NCBI GenBank assembly: GCA_026710905.1
Contig: JAPOQD010000059.1
Location: forward strand, 2,021 to 66,020
From: Halieaceae bacterium
GTDB taxonomy: Bacteria > Pseudomonadota > Gammaproteobacteria > Pseudomonadales > Halieaceae
Reading direction: 5' to 3'
DNA: 64,000 nucleotides
The notes beneath the pieces were generated by a model. The model was not told the DNA's origin and did no database searches. It saw only the letters and a list, made by a program, of their open reading frames with translations. A program made the translations under genes and the position numbers. Position 1 is the first letter of the stretch, and every line of letters starts with the position of its first letter. Positions 1 to 8,704 of this stretch are shown piece after piece.

Positions 1-1277
1 TGCGAATACTTTATTTCATTTGGCACATTAAAATGGTTTTGATATGTTCTATATGCATGGCGTTCGACATCTATTTGCTCCGCATCGCCAGTCGAGTAAT
101 GGTGAGTTTTACGGTTTTCCGATGCACTTTCATTCACATATTTCTGCATATGCTCTTTCGCACCATCACTAAACGCAATATCAAAGTACTGATAAATATA
201 TTCAACTGTCCTCATTGGGTCTTTAACCAACTCTGTATATTGAATATTGCAAAGATCTGATTCGGAAAGAGTACCCGTTTCCAACCACTGTATTGGCTGG
301 TTTAAAACCATTGCATTCACATTTGCATTGGTTAAGTTGTCAAGCGCGTTCCCGATAAATGTGCGATCACTGCGCCCCCACATCATTGTACCGAGTAGAC
401 TTACTGATGAAGAAAGTGCTCTGACCGGATCACGATGCGGCCAGATAAAACCGACATCAGGGAAAACCTCCATTATTTGCGGCATGTGCATCAAGCAAAT
501 GGGCGATTTCATGATCCAGTGCTTGCGCGGATTTCTCCACTGCAGCAGTTTTAGAATTTTTTTTTCATACTCATATAACTGTAAGGGATTTTGCTGCTGC
601 AAGTACTGTGCGTAGGTAGGCGATTGACCGCCGAATGCCATCAACCAGGGTGATTGAAACAACAGGGAATGAAGCTGTATGCATTCAGTCGCCGCCGTTG
701 CGCTGAAATCATGCATAGACGTCAGTTCCGGGGTAACCAGGCTGGTTAAATTGGTAATCGCTTCCGCCTTTTGAATACGCGGGTCTGTTGTGTAGGTATC
801 TTTTTCCGGCGGTGGACAGGGAAACATCAACTCCCAGGTTAATGTCGTACCGTTTCCAGGGTCGGCCGACAATATATTTTGCAGCAGCGTGGTACCGGAT
901 CGCCCCTGCCCAACGATGTAGAGTGGTTTAATGATCTCTTCATCGTGAATTTCAGGGTGCAGTTTGTAGGTTGCCTCGATCTGTAAACGTGCCTCAAGGT
1001 AAACGAGGAGATCGGTCCTGGTGAGCAATCTGCCGGTTAGATTCAGTTCGGACTCATCATCAAGCGCCTTGGTAAATATTTGAAAAGGCTCGTACCAGTT
1101 CTCGTTGCCAAAATCACTTAGACCTGTGGACTCTTCAGCCGCCTTGATCAGTGATTTTTCATCGAGCGGAACGACTTTTTTGAGATCCATACAACGGCCC
1201 ATTTCGTTAACGCGGGCCACCCATTCCGGTCTCGATGCCGGCCTCCATTGTCTCTTTCGATCAAACTCAGTAGTCAT
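1..1277 (-). CDS. sulfotransferase family protein (C-terminus runs off the left window edge)
   Basis: Absent from the ORF track because it has no stop inside the window. I checked every codon of this minus frame from 1277 down to 1 by hand and found no stop. Translation MTTEFDRKRQWRPASRPEWVARVNEMGRCMDLKKVVPLDEKSLIKAAEESTGLSDFG...EIIKPLYIVGQGRSGTTLLQNIL has the PAPS-binding GxxRSGTTLL loop. Alternative starts at 1202 and 1190. Confidence 0.75.
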   Translation of the reverse strand, partial: MTTEFDRKRQWRPASRPEWVARVNEMGRCMDLKKVVPLDEKSLIKAAEESTGLSDFGNENWYEPFQIFTKALDDESELNLTGRLLTRTDLLVYLEARLQIEATYKLHPEIHDEEIIKPLYIVGQGRSGTTLLQNILSADPGNGTTLTWELMFPCPPPEKDTYTTDPRIQKAEAITNLTSLVTPELTSMHDFSATAATECIQLHSLLFQSPWLMAFGGQSPTYAQYLQQQNPLQLYEYEKKILKLLQWRNPRKHWIMKSPICLMHMPQIMEVFPDVGFIWPHRDPVRALSSSVSLLGTMMWGRSDRTFIGNALDNLTNANVNAMVLNQPIQWLETGTLSESDLCNIQYTELVKDPMRTVEYIYQYFDIAFSDGAKEHMQKYVNESASENRKTHHYSTGDAEQIDVERHAYRTYQNHFNVPNEIKYS

Positions 1278-1374
1278 ACGATTTCTAAGGTTTGTTGTTG
1301 GATAATGGCTTCTATTATGGACATTATGACACATAATCGCTCCACCAGATTCGTCGTCCGCAACCAGCGACGGT

Positions 1375-1762
1375 GGACCGCACAGCTCCTCTACTATCTT
1401 CTTCACCCGGCGGGTGGAGACGCCCTGAACATACATCTCCGCGATGGATAGAAGCAGCGCCCGCTCTGATCGCAGGCCTTTCTCCAGGCTCTGGGGGTAG
1501 AACTCACAATCCCGGGTTTGCGGCACCTTCAGTGGCAGTGCCCCGAGGCGGGTTTTGACCGTCTTGTCCTTGAAAAACCGTTGGCGTAGCCAGAGCGGCT
1601 ATCCGAGCGCTCGTAGGGCCGGGCCCCCAGGTACCCACTGCGCTCGGCAACCATTGCTGTGTTTACCAGCACGGTAACCGCCTCTGCGAGACCATCAAAT
1701 CCATTGTCCTTGAGCAGTTCCACTGCATCGTAAATAGCACCATCCTGTACAGGCTGAGCCAT
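1375..1762 (-). mobile_element. IS256-family transposase remnant (N-terminal ~130 aa only, frameshifted)
   Basis: MAQPVQDGAIYDAVELLKDNGFDGLAEAVTVLVNTAMVAERSGYLGARPYERSDSRSGYANGF, then after a frame change near the A5/T5 run at ~1573-1577: FKDKTVKTRLGALPLKVPQTRDCEFYPQSLEKGLRSERALLLSIAEMYVQGVSTRRVKKIVEELCG. These are hallmark IS256/mutator-type motifs. Similarity stops after ELCG, and no DDE domain follows. Confidence 0.7.
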
Positions 1763-1908
1763 CTTGTGTTTCCTCTCGTTTTTAATTCGCAAAATCACGT
1801 TCGAAAGGATAACCGGGTGGCTCAGCTCATCAAAACCACCGGAAAATTACAGAAAGAATGGTGCACTACCGCCGAGGGTCGCCAATGAAGGCAGCGCTCG
1901 ATACACAA

Positions 1909-2706
1909 CTACTCGAGCGCCTCGGTGTCTTTTCCCACGTTCTTCACGAAGGGAATTCGCATGCCCCCATCAAGACGGATAATCGAGCCATTGAGATAGT
2001 CGTTCTCACAAATCTGCCGCACCAGCTCCCCGAATTCCCGGGGGGTGCCCACGCGCTGCAGGCCGGGCACCGAGGAGGCGATCAGCTCGTAGGTGGCCTC
2101 ATTGGCGCCGCTGCGGAACATCTCCGTATCGATACCCCCAGGGGCAATGGTCATCACGCGAATCCCGTAGCTGCTCAGCTCCCGGGCCAGGCTCAGGCAG
2201 AGCCCGTTTACTGCAGCCTTCGAGGCCACGTAGCTGGCGCCGACAACGCCGTCGAGCGCGCCGATGGAAGAGACGTTGATGATCAAACCGCGCAGTCCAT
2301 TCTCCAGGGGTTCGGCCCTGCTCAGACGTTCAGCGAAAGCCTGGTTGGTGTAGAGCGTACCCATTACATTGATATCGATGATTTCCCGCAAAGCGGCCTT
2401 TGATGAGGCTTGCCCCCGGCCTGACAGCAGAGGGAGCATGTGACCGATCGCGGCGGCGTGTAGCAGTATCCTCGGCGCTCCCCATTGTTCTCCGATGCTG
2501 TCGAATACTGACTCGAGTGACTCGGGGTCCGATACGTCGCATGGGTAGGCACTGGCGCCGAGCCTTGATGCGGTTGCCTCAAGCACTGCCTTGCGCCGGC
2601 CGAGCAGGCAGGTGTGCACGCCCTGCTCAGCAAGAACTGCGGCTGCTCCGGCACCCATTCCCGAGCCACCGCCAGTGATCACAGCTGTTGCGCCATGCAA
2701 TATCAT
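1909..2706 (-). CDS. short-chain dehydrogenase/reductase (SDR)
   Basis: 265-aa ORF. N-terminal TGGGSGMG dinucleotide-binding motif and classical SDR layout (NVSS...YxASK). Confidence 0.9.
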   Translation of the reverse strand: MILHGATAVITGGGSGMGAGAAAVLAEQGVHTCLLGRRKAVLEATASRLGASAYPCDVSDPESLESVFDSIGEQWGAPRILLHAAAIGHMLPLLSGRGQASSKAALREIIDINVMGTLYTNQAFAERLSRAEPLENGLRGLIINVSSIGALDGVVGASYVASKAAVNGLCLSLARELSSYGIRVMTIAPGGIDTEMFRSGANEATYELIASSVPGLQRVGTPREFGELVRQICENDYLNGSIIRLDGGMRIPFVKNVGKDTEALE

Positions 2707-2725
2707 TGGCCTGAAATCTTTTATG

Positions 2726-2739
2726 TAGACATCTGTTAA
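2726..2739 (+). promoter_or_regulatory. candidate TetR-type operator, TAGACATCTGTTAA
   Basis: Lies in the divergent region between the SDR (start 2706, minus) and the NTF2-like gene (2829, plus). Followed by TTATATAATT, as at site 4443. Confidence 0.5.
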
Positions 2740-2828
2740 TTATATAATTACATGTTGCTTCAGTCTGTGTCAAATGCTAGGCTTCCCTGACGCAAACTGT
2801 TCGATGCAAGCGCGAGGAGGACATAAAA

Positions 2829-3335
2829 ATGCCTGGGGACGAACTTCACGTACTGGTCGATCGCAGTGAAATTAGCCAGATGATCTGCCGGCTGGCGCTG
2901 GGCATGGACCTGCGTGACCGGGAAATGTTCCAGTCCTGCTGGGCCGATGAGTTCTATCTATCGGTACCACCTCTGGCGGGCGACGCTGTGCCCTTGGAGG
3001 GCAATATGCGTGCCGAGGAGCACGCGCGCAACGTTATTGCGATGCTGTCCGAGTTCACCGCAACGCAGCACGTTCTGGCCAACCACCTGATCGATGTGGA
3101 GGGTGACACCGCAAACTGTTGCGCGTACCTGATTGGCACCCACACCCTGGCCGGCGTGGAGGACGGTGATCCTATCCAAACCATCGGTGCCCGCTATGAT
3201 TTCCAGTGCAACCGCACTCCTCAGGGGTGGAAGATCACCAATATGAAGTGGACCCGGTACTGGAGTACGGGCAACGGCGGCCTCTGGGATATTGTTGGTA
3301 AGCGGGTCGCGGCAAAGGCAGAAGCTGAGTCCTGA
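2829..3335 (+). CDS. NTF2/SnoaL-like fold protein
   Basis: 168 aa. The pattern LVDRSEISQMICRLALGMDLRD...W.DEF is typical of SnoaL_4/NTF2-like proteins. AGGAGG sits upstream of the ATG. Confidence 0.7.
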   Translation: MPGDELHVLVDRSEISQMICRLALGMDLRDREMFQSCWADEFYLSVPPLAGDAVPLEGNMRAEEHARNVIAMLSEFTATQHVLANHLIDVEGDTANCCAYLIGTHTLAGVEDGDPIQTIGARYDFQCNRTPQGWKITNMKWTRYWSTGNGGLWDIVGKRVAAKAEAES

Positions 3336-3557
3336 ATTGCTGGTGTGTTTCATCTACGTGTGAGGTAATTATGAGAGCCTGGAGATCCACGGTCAGCACC
3401 GATTTTTCGGGACTGAGCCTCACCGGGTGTTCCCCGCGCGCGCCCGCAAGAGGGGAGGCGCAGCTGCGGCTCAAGGCGGCAGCCCTCAATAGCGCGGGAT
3501 GATAATAGTGCTCGGAGCTTCCGAGCCTGTTAATTGCTCCAAATCAAGTATATAATC

Positions 3558-3571
3558 TAGACATGTGATGA
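3558..3571 (+). promoter_or_regulatory. candidate TetR-type operator, TAGACATGTGATGA (autoregulatory position)
   Basis: Immediately follows a TATAAT hexamer (3551-3556) and lies 47 nt upstream of the TetR gene start at 3618. Confidence 0.55.
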
Positions 3572-3617
3572 ATATTTCAACTTCACTGTCTGATCACCGC
3601 CAACAGGAGCAAGGATA

Positions 3618-4214
3618 ATGGCCGAAAAGCGTTCTTCCCTTCGCAGCCAGCAACGGGAGTTTACCCGGGCTCGCTTCATTGATGCTGGTCTGGAAACCTT
3701 CGAGGAAGTCGGCTTTCACGATGCGACCATCGATATGATTACCAAGCGGGCGGGGGCAAACCGTTCCACCTTTTACCTGCATTTCAAGGACAAGACCGAC
3801 CTGATGTTGGCCGCCAACGAGCGGATTTCTCCCGAGCGTAAGGATACCATGCGCATGATCAACGAAATGGATGACCCGAGTTTCAAGGTGTTCCGCGCCT
3901 GGATTGATCGCATGGCCAGAGATTGGGAGGAGGACCACAAGATCTACGAGGCAATCGTGCAGGCGCAGTTGACTGAGCCCAGCATCGCGCAGAAGAACTA
4001 CGAGGTCGTGTGTGATGACCTCACCGGTTACCTGTCCCGGTTCAAGGGTAAGAAACGCGATGAGGCTGCCAATCGGCTGCAGATGTTCATGATGCAGTTT
4101 GAAATGTTTTTCTACACCACCATCTGCGAGTGTGCCGAGACACCGTCGTCACTGGCCCTGGATACCCTGGCTGACCTGGGTCTTTACACGCTCTTTTACA
4201 AGACGCGGAATTGA
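3618..4214 (+). CDS. TetR/AcrR family transcriptional regulator (paralog A)
   Basis: 198 aa. N-terminal HTH FTRARFIDAGLETFEEVGFHDATIDMITKRAGANRSTFYLHFKDKTDL. Aligns end to end with the TetR at 13798-14388. Confidence 0.9.
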   Translation: MAEKRSSLRSQQREFTRARFIDAGLETFEEVGFHDATIDMITKRAGANRSTFYLHFKDKTDLMLAANERISPERKDTMRMINEMDDPSFKVFRAWIDRMARDWEEDHKIYEAIVQAQLTEPSIAQKNYEVVCDDLTGYLSRFKGKKRDEAANRLQMFMMQFEMFFYTTICECAETPSSLALDTLADLGLYTLFYKTRN

Positions 4215-4442
4215 ACTCCAGGGGGAAGTACCTTTCCCCACTTCAGAAACTGGAAGAAAAAGCCTGGTAGTAAGCGGCGAAGCGATCACGAATCTCGGTG
4301 TGGGAAGGACCGTAGCGCTTTAGGGAATACACATGATCGCCGTACTTCATCGCCGGGTTATCACGCTCCCATTGCACGCAAGACGCTGTCAGTAGATTGG
4401 TAGTAAGTACCGGGTAGGGCATTTCTTCTCTTCGCAATACGC

Positions 4443-4456
4443 TAGACATGTGTTGA
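4443..4456 (+). promoter_or_regulatory. candidate TetR-type operator, TAGACATGTGTTGA
   Basis: Upstream of the GST-like gene. The 16-mer TAGACATGTGTTGATT is identical to the one at 5772. The second half-site contains a -35-like TTGATT. Confidence 0.6.
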
Positions 4457-4516
4457 TTATATAATTCAGTGTATAATAAGTCGTTGTCAAGGGCACGTAC
4501 CAGGTCGAAGCCGACC

Positions 4517-5449
4517 GTGAATGAACTAATACTGCACCACTACAACGCCTCGGCCTTTTCAGAAAAGATTCGCAGAATCATGGCTTACAAAGGGCTGGGC
4601 TGGCGCTCAGTGTTGCAGCCAGACGTCATGCCGAAGCCGCACTTGACCCCGCTTACTGGCGGCTACCGGCTGGTCCCGGTGTTGCAGGTGGGTGCGGACC
4701 TGTTCTGCGATTCCAGGTCGATCGCCCGGCGCCTGGAGCGTCTGCAGCCGCAACCGCCATTGTTTTCCGGGTCGGCAGTTGCTGCAGAGCGTGCGCTGTG
4801 TCTGTGGGGCGAGTCCATCTTCTTTTCACTGGTGACAATTGGCCTTGCCAAGGGTGTGTTCTCGCCACCCTCGGATGTATTTTCCGAGGACTTCATTGCC
4901 GATCGGCAGAAGATGTCGGGGCCGGGCTTCAAACCGGATGTGGCGAAGCGGTTCATCGATTGGCGCCTGACGCAACTGAGAGCGCACTTGAACGTGCTGG
5001 ACAAACACATGGCAGATGGGCGGCCTTACCTGCTGGGTGACAACTGCGGGATTGCAGATTTTTCCGTCTACCACCCCCTGTGGTCGCTGGCGTTGCAGGG
5101 TACCGAACATGAACTGCTCCCCTTTCACCACACCTCCGCCTGGCTGAGACGCATGCGTGAATTCGGACAGGGGCAGCGCTCGGAACTCGATGGTGAGTCT
5201 GCGCTGGTGCTCGCTGCGGAATCCAGGCCAGTCGAAGTCCCGGAGACAGCACCGGAACACCTTGTCGGGCTGACTATCGGTGACCTCGTGAAAGTCAGGC
5301 ATGAGGCGTACGACGGCGGCGCAGTGATCGGCACCCTGGTCTGGGCCGATGAGAATGACTTCGCCATTTATCGAGTGGATGAGCGGGCGGCCGACCTGCA
5401 TATTTATTTTCCCAAGGAGGGTTTTACCGCCTCTCGCACGACGGGCTGA
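4517..5449 (+). CDS. glutathione S-transferase family protein with extra C-terminal domain
   Basis: ORF track gives 4469-5449. The thioredoxin-like GST N-domain is LILHHYNASAFSEKIRRIMAYKGLGWRSV...LVPVLQVGADLFCDSRSIARRLE. I prefer the GTG at 4517 because the operator/TATAAT region overlaps 4469. The start is uncertain. Confidence 0.72.
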   Translation: MNELILHHYNASAFSEKIRRIMAYKGLGWRSVLQPDVMPKPHLTPLTGGYRLVPVLQVGADLFCDSRSIARRLERLQPQPPLFSGSAVAAERALCLWGESIFFSLVTIGLAKGVFSPPSDVFSEDFIADRQKMSGPGFKPDVAKRFIDWRLTQLRAHLNVLDKHMADGRPYLLGDNCGIADFSVYHPLWSLALQGTEHELLPFHHTSAWLRRMREFGQGQRSELDGESALVLAAESRPVEVPETAPEHLVGLTIGDLVKVRHEAYDGGAVIGTLVWADENDFAIYRVDERAADLHIYFPKEGFTASRTTG

Positions 5450-5771
5450 ATCGCGGTGCCCGCGGTTGCAGCCCCAAGCCTTCCCGCGACCATGGCTGAG
5501 CATATTTAGATCTCACCGGCAAAGTGGCCTTCTCACTGAGAAGGAAGCCCGGTTGGCGGGCCAGGGCAATGAACTGGAATTTGCGCAGGCACCTTTCGAG
5601 GCCTGGATGGCAAGGCTCCACCATAGATCTGGGAATAAACGGTGGCAGCCAGGCGTTCTGAGTTCTTCAAAACGGTGCTATCTGGGGTCGACTAACGAGG
5701 TAGATCGCATCAGATTCACTCTAACCGTTAGATGCGTTGACAATGATTTCACGACCCGGTATTGTTTTAAG

Positions 5772-5785
5772 TAGACATGTGTTGA
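5772..5785 (+). promoter_or_regulatory. candidate TetR-type operator, TAGACATGTGTTGA
   Basis: Lies 65 nt upstream of the small ORF that precedes Rieske oxygenase 1. Same sequence as site 4443. Confidence 0.6.
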
Positions 5786-5849
5786 TTTACAGGATGTGCG
5801 TATTGTCTGGAAATATATCCTGCAAATTGCCGGTACAGGAGAGTGGTGC

Positions 5850-6179
5850 ATGAACCTTCCCGAGCAGTTTTCAGATCTGGAAATCTACCTTGATAAGTGG
5901 GATCTGCCAGACTTCAATTCACGTTACGCGGCGCGCTTGGACTCTTCCATGGAGGAACTCACCAATTTTTATTCCGTCATGTTGGCGCGGGCAGATGACA
6001 TCAAGAGCTATCTCGACGCAAAGGCATTCAGCGACTACCAGGACACGGAAAAACGATTGGCGCGATTGATGTTTGCCATGGGTGTGGTGGGCCCCGCGGT
6101 GGATATTTTCAGGAGCGCCGTGGTCCCGGACAGCGGCGCGTCCAACTTCGAAATGGTCCTCGACATTGAATTAAGCTGA
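5850..6179 (+). CDS. small conserved protein of unknown function (Rieske-associated, copy 1)
   Basis: GGAGAG SD, then MNLPEQFSDLEIYLDKW...YAARLDSSMEELTNFYSVM...IKSYLDAKAFSDY...VVPDS. Clear paralog of 18496-18840 (LPEQFSEL...YAARVSSTMDEMQEFYDAI...IKQYLDSKDFAEY...KVPDS), which also sits directly 5' of a Rieske gene. Confidence 0.6.
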   Translation: MNLPEQFSDLEIYLDKWDLPDFNSRYAARLDSSMEELTNFYSVMLARADDIKSYLDAKAFSDYQDTEKRLARLMFAMGVVGPAVDIFRSAVVPDSGASNFEMVLDIELS

Positions 6180-6196
6180 TAACGAGGAGAACCGCT

Positions 6197-7486
6197 ATGC
6201 CAAAGCAGCCTCAGTGCCCGCCCGAAGACCAGATTATTGCCGGTGGTGGCGCCTACGACCAGAGACACTATGAAGATCATCCCGATCTCGGTACAGGGCT
6301 GATCAGTTATGAGCATGCTATTTCGCCTCGCAGTTTTGAACTGGAGCGCGAGGCGATTTTTCGTCGCGCCTGGCTGAATGTGGGCCACGAGCTGCGCTTG
6401 CCCAAAGTAGGAAGTTACTTCACCAAGGAATTCGAAATCCTGAATACGTCCATAATTGTTGTCCGCGGTAAGGACCAGGCAATTCGCGCCTTTCACAATG
6501 TGTGCCCCCACCGGGGTAACAAGCTGGTGTGGGAGGATCATCCCGCCAAGGAAACATACGGCAAGGCTATGGCCTTTTTCTGTAAATACCACGGCCTTGG
6601 ATTCGGCCTGGATGGGAATATGGAGGTACTCAGGGATCCCGACAATTGGTTTGGCTCCCAGGGCTGTGACCTGCACCTGGTAGAGGTGCAGGTCGAACTG
6701 TGGAACGGCTATATATTCGTTAACTTCAATCCCGGCGGGCCACCGCAGAGTCTGCGCGAGTACATGGGGGAACACATCTGGTCTGCACTGGACGATGTTC
6801 CGGTGGAACTCTTTACCGAGCAGGTACTGGGAAAGGGGGAAATCAACAGCAACTGGAAAACGCTGCACGACGCATTTTCCGAGGCGTGGCATGGCTCGGT
6901 GCTGCACAGTGAGACCATGGTCAATATGCGCAATGTGGTGTTTCGCGCACCGCCGTCCCGCTTCGACGGACCGCACCGTACCGCCGTGGCCTGTGGCACC
7001 GTGCCCGAAGGGGTCTATACGTTCGATATCGAGCGGGTGTCCAGATCGTCGGTCACCGGAACGCAGATTCCGCCCGCACAGAAGATTGACCCGCCGCGTG
7101 CGGCATTCGGGTCCGGGCAGCAGGATTGGGTAGCCGTGACATTTACCGTGTTTCCCAACTTCCAATTGCAGATCTATGCACCGGGGTGGATCAACACCTA
7201 CAACTACTGGCCCCTGGCCCATAACCGGATGCGGTTCGAGATAAACCAGTATTTTCAGCCCGCCCGGAATTTCTCTGAGTTGTTCTCCCAGAAGACCGGT
7301 ACCGGGATCGTCCTGGACAATGTACTGCAGGATCTGGGAACCCTGGAGGCGACCCAGCGGGGGCTGGAGTCGCGAGTTTACGAGGAGTATCCACTGATCG
7401 ATGAAGAGCACAATATCCGGCATTTCCACAAGGAGATCGATAAATGGATCCGGGCTTACGAAGAGGGCATCGAGGCGAACGCCTGA
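6197..7486 (+). CDS. Rieske [2Fe-2S] non-heme-iron oxygenase, alpha subunit (copy 1)
   Basis: 429 aa. Rieske ligands CPHRGNKL...FCKYHG. Catalytic-domain iron motif NWKTLHDAFSEAWHGSVLH. Confidence 0.9.
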   Translation: MPKQPQCPPEDQIIAGGGAYDQRHYEDHPDLGTGLISYEHAISPRSFELEREAIFRRAWLNVGHELRLPKVGSYFTKEFEILNTSIIVVRGKDQAIRAFHNVCPHRGNKLVWEDHPAKETYGKAMAFFCKYHGLGFGLDGNMEVLRDPDNWFGSQGCDLHLVEVQVELWNGYIFVNFNPGGPPQSLREYMGEHIWSALDDVPVELFTEQVLGKGEINSNWKTLHDAFSEAWHGSVLHSETMVNMRNVVFRAPPSRFDGPHRTAVACGTVPEGVYTFDIERVSRSSVTGTQIPPAQKIDPPRAAFGSGQQDWVAVTFTVFPNFQLQIYAPGWINTYNYWPLAHNRMRFEINQYFQPARNFSELFSQKTGTGIVLDNVLQDLGTLEATQRGLESRVYEEYPLIDEEHNIRHFHKEIDKWIRAYEEGIEANA

Positions 7487-7533
7487 AATTCGATGTGAAG
7501 GACAAATTCAGGCTACTCCGTTAACAGTACGCG

Positions 7534-7740
7534 GTGCCTTGTAAGGACTACAGTATGGACAATTCAGCTACGCTCGCTGACACCGGCACCACACGGAATC
7601 CCTTCGACAGCTACGCTTACATGCGGAATCAGGATCCGGTGCACTTCGACCAACAACTGGGCGCCTGTCTCATCACCCGCTATGAAGATGTGCAGCAGGC
7701 TATGACTTCGGCCCAGGAAGGAGAGCAGGCAAGTGAGTAG
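7534..7740 (+). pseudogene. cytochrome P450 N-terminal remnant (~60 aa)
   Basis: NPFDSYAYMRNQDPVHFDQQLGACLITRYEDVQQAM matches the N-terminus of the intact P450 at 16246-17508 (YPYEYYEKMRREAPVYFDEGLQAWLVTRYEDIQQAA). It stops after ~68 codons, where the next SDR gene starts. No heme-binding region. Confidence 0.6.
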
Positions 7741-8485
7741 CTTTGAATCCAAAGTCGCCCTGATTACCGGCGGTGGCACCGGGATCGGTCGGGCCACCGC
7801 ACTGCGGCTTGCTCAGCAAGGCTGTCGGGTGCTGGTGTGCGGCAGGCGTGAAGCACCCCTCAAGGCGGTCGCCGACAGGCATCCTGAAACCATTTCCTAC
7901 GTAACCATGGATCTTGCTTCGGGCCTGGACCGCAGCGCGGCCTTGGGGGCCGCAATTGACCGCTATGGGCGCCTCGATTTTCTCGTCAACAACGCTGCGA
8001 TCGAGGTGACGGCGCTATTTGCCGATCACACCCCTCAGCAGATCATCGATCTCGTCGAGGTGGACCTGACTGCGCCCATGTTGCTGATCCATGAGGCGTT
8101 GCCGCACCTGATCTCCAGCCGGGGTGGCATTGTTAACGTCAGTTCGGCTGCCGCTCGTTACCAGGGAATGCCGCCCGCCTTACTGGCGCCCTATTCGGCG
8201 GCGAAGGCCGGTTTGAATCAATTGACCCGAGTGCTCGCCACCGAGCTGGGGCCGGATGGCGTTCGTGTCAATGCGGTAGCGCCAGGGCTCACAGATACCG
8301 AGATCGCCCGTGAGGCCTTCGACAATCCCGGGCTGGTGAAAATGTTGAGCGATAGTACACCGTTGCAACGCGTGGGACAGCCCGATGATATTGCGAGCGT
8401 CATCGTCTTTCTGTTGAGTGAGGAAGCGGGGTGGGTGACTGGTCAGATTGTCGATGCGACCGGCGGTTTCTGGTTATCGCAATGA
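7733..8485 (+). CDS. short-chain dehydrogenase/reductase (SDR)
   Basis: 250 aa. GTG start with AGGAGA SD. TGGGTGIG, NNAA and YSAAK motifs. Confidence 0.9.
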   Translation: MSSFESKVALITGGGTGIGRATALRLAQQGCRVLVCGRREAPLKAVADRHPETISYVTMDLASGLDRSAALGAAIDRYGRLDFLVNNAAIEVTALFADHTPQQIIDLVEVDLTAPMLLIHEALPHLISSRGGIVNVSSAAARYQGMPPALLAPYSAAKAGLNQLTRVLATELGPDGVRVNAVAPGLTDTEIAREAFDNPGLVKMLSDSTPLQRVGQPDDIASVIVFLLSEEAGWVTGQIVDATGGFWLSQ

Positions 8486-8585
8486 GCGCTGTACTCGGTT
8501 GGGATACAGCAGGCAGGATGGACGTGCGGCTTGTTACAGCTTGCAGTTGGCTTGACAAAACAACAACGATCATATATCGTTTAAA

Positions 8586-8599
8586 ACAACATATGTCTA
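8586..8599 (-). promoter_or_regulatory. candidate TetR-type operator, plus-strand ACAACATATGTCTA (= TAGACATATGTTGT)
   Basis: In the 220-nt gap before the ferredoxin gene. The 18-mer AAAACAACATATGTCTAT is identical to the one at 14456-14473. Confidence 0.55.
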
Positions 8600-8704
8600 T
8601 AGTAGCACTGTGTGTCGTTTATGATATTTAGCGGCGTGGTTTCCGGAAGGGTGCTAACACCGGAACTTTGATTGCGACTGTCAGATAGGGAGTGGCGCAT
8701 ATCT

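Noticed and set aside
33-615. Two plus-strand ORFs (33-260 and 247-615) at the left end.
   Set aside because: They lie antisense to the sulfotransferase gene, whose frame I verified as open across the whole region.
1529-1798. Considered programmed frameshifting in the transposase remnant at the homopolymer run.
   Set aside because: IS256-family transposases are single-ORF proteins as far as I know, and the gene also lacks its entire catalytic half. Decay is the simpler explanation.
4243-4449. 68-aa minus-strand ORF between TetR A and the GST gene (MSSVLRREEMPYPVLTTNLL...KYGDHVYSLKRYGPSHTEIRDRFAAYYQ).
   Set aside because: It looks more protein-like than the other shadow ORFs. However, its start codon sits inside the operator at 4443-4456, I recognise no family, and there is no clear SD. 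It is left uncalled and worth a profile search.
6035-7429. Long antisense ORF (464 aa) opposite Rieske oxygenase 1. Similar long shadow ORFs lie at 18999-19970, 28368-29867, 42208-43896, 43842-45032, 46599-47996, 48206-49066, 49775-50746 and 59757-60632.
   Set aside because: Each lies entirely within, and opposite to or out of frame with, a gene that has clear family motifs. Their translations are Arg/Gly/Pro/His-rich and show no recognisable domains, which is the usual artefact of high-GC DNA.
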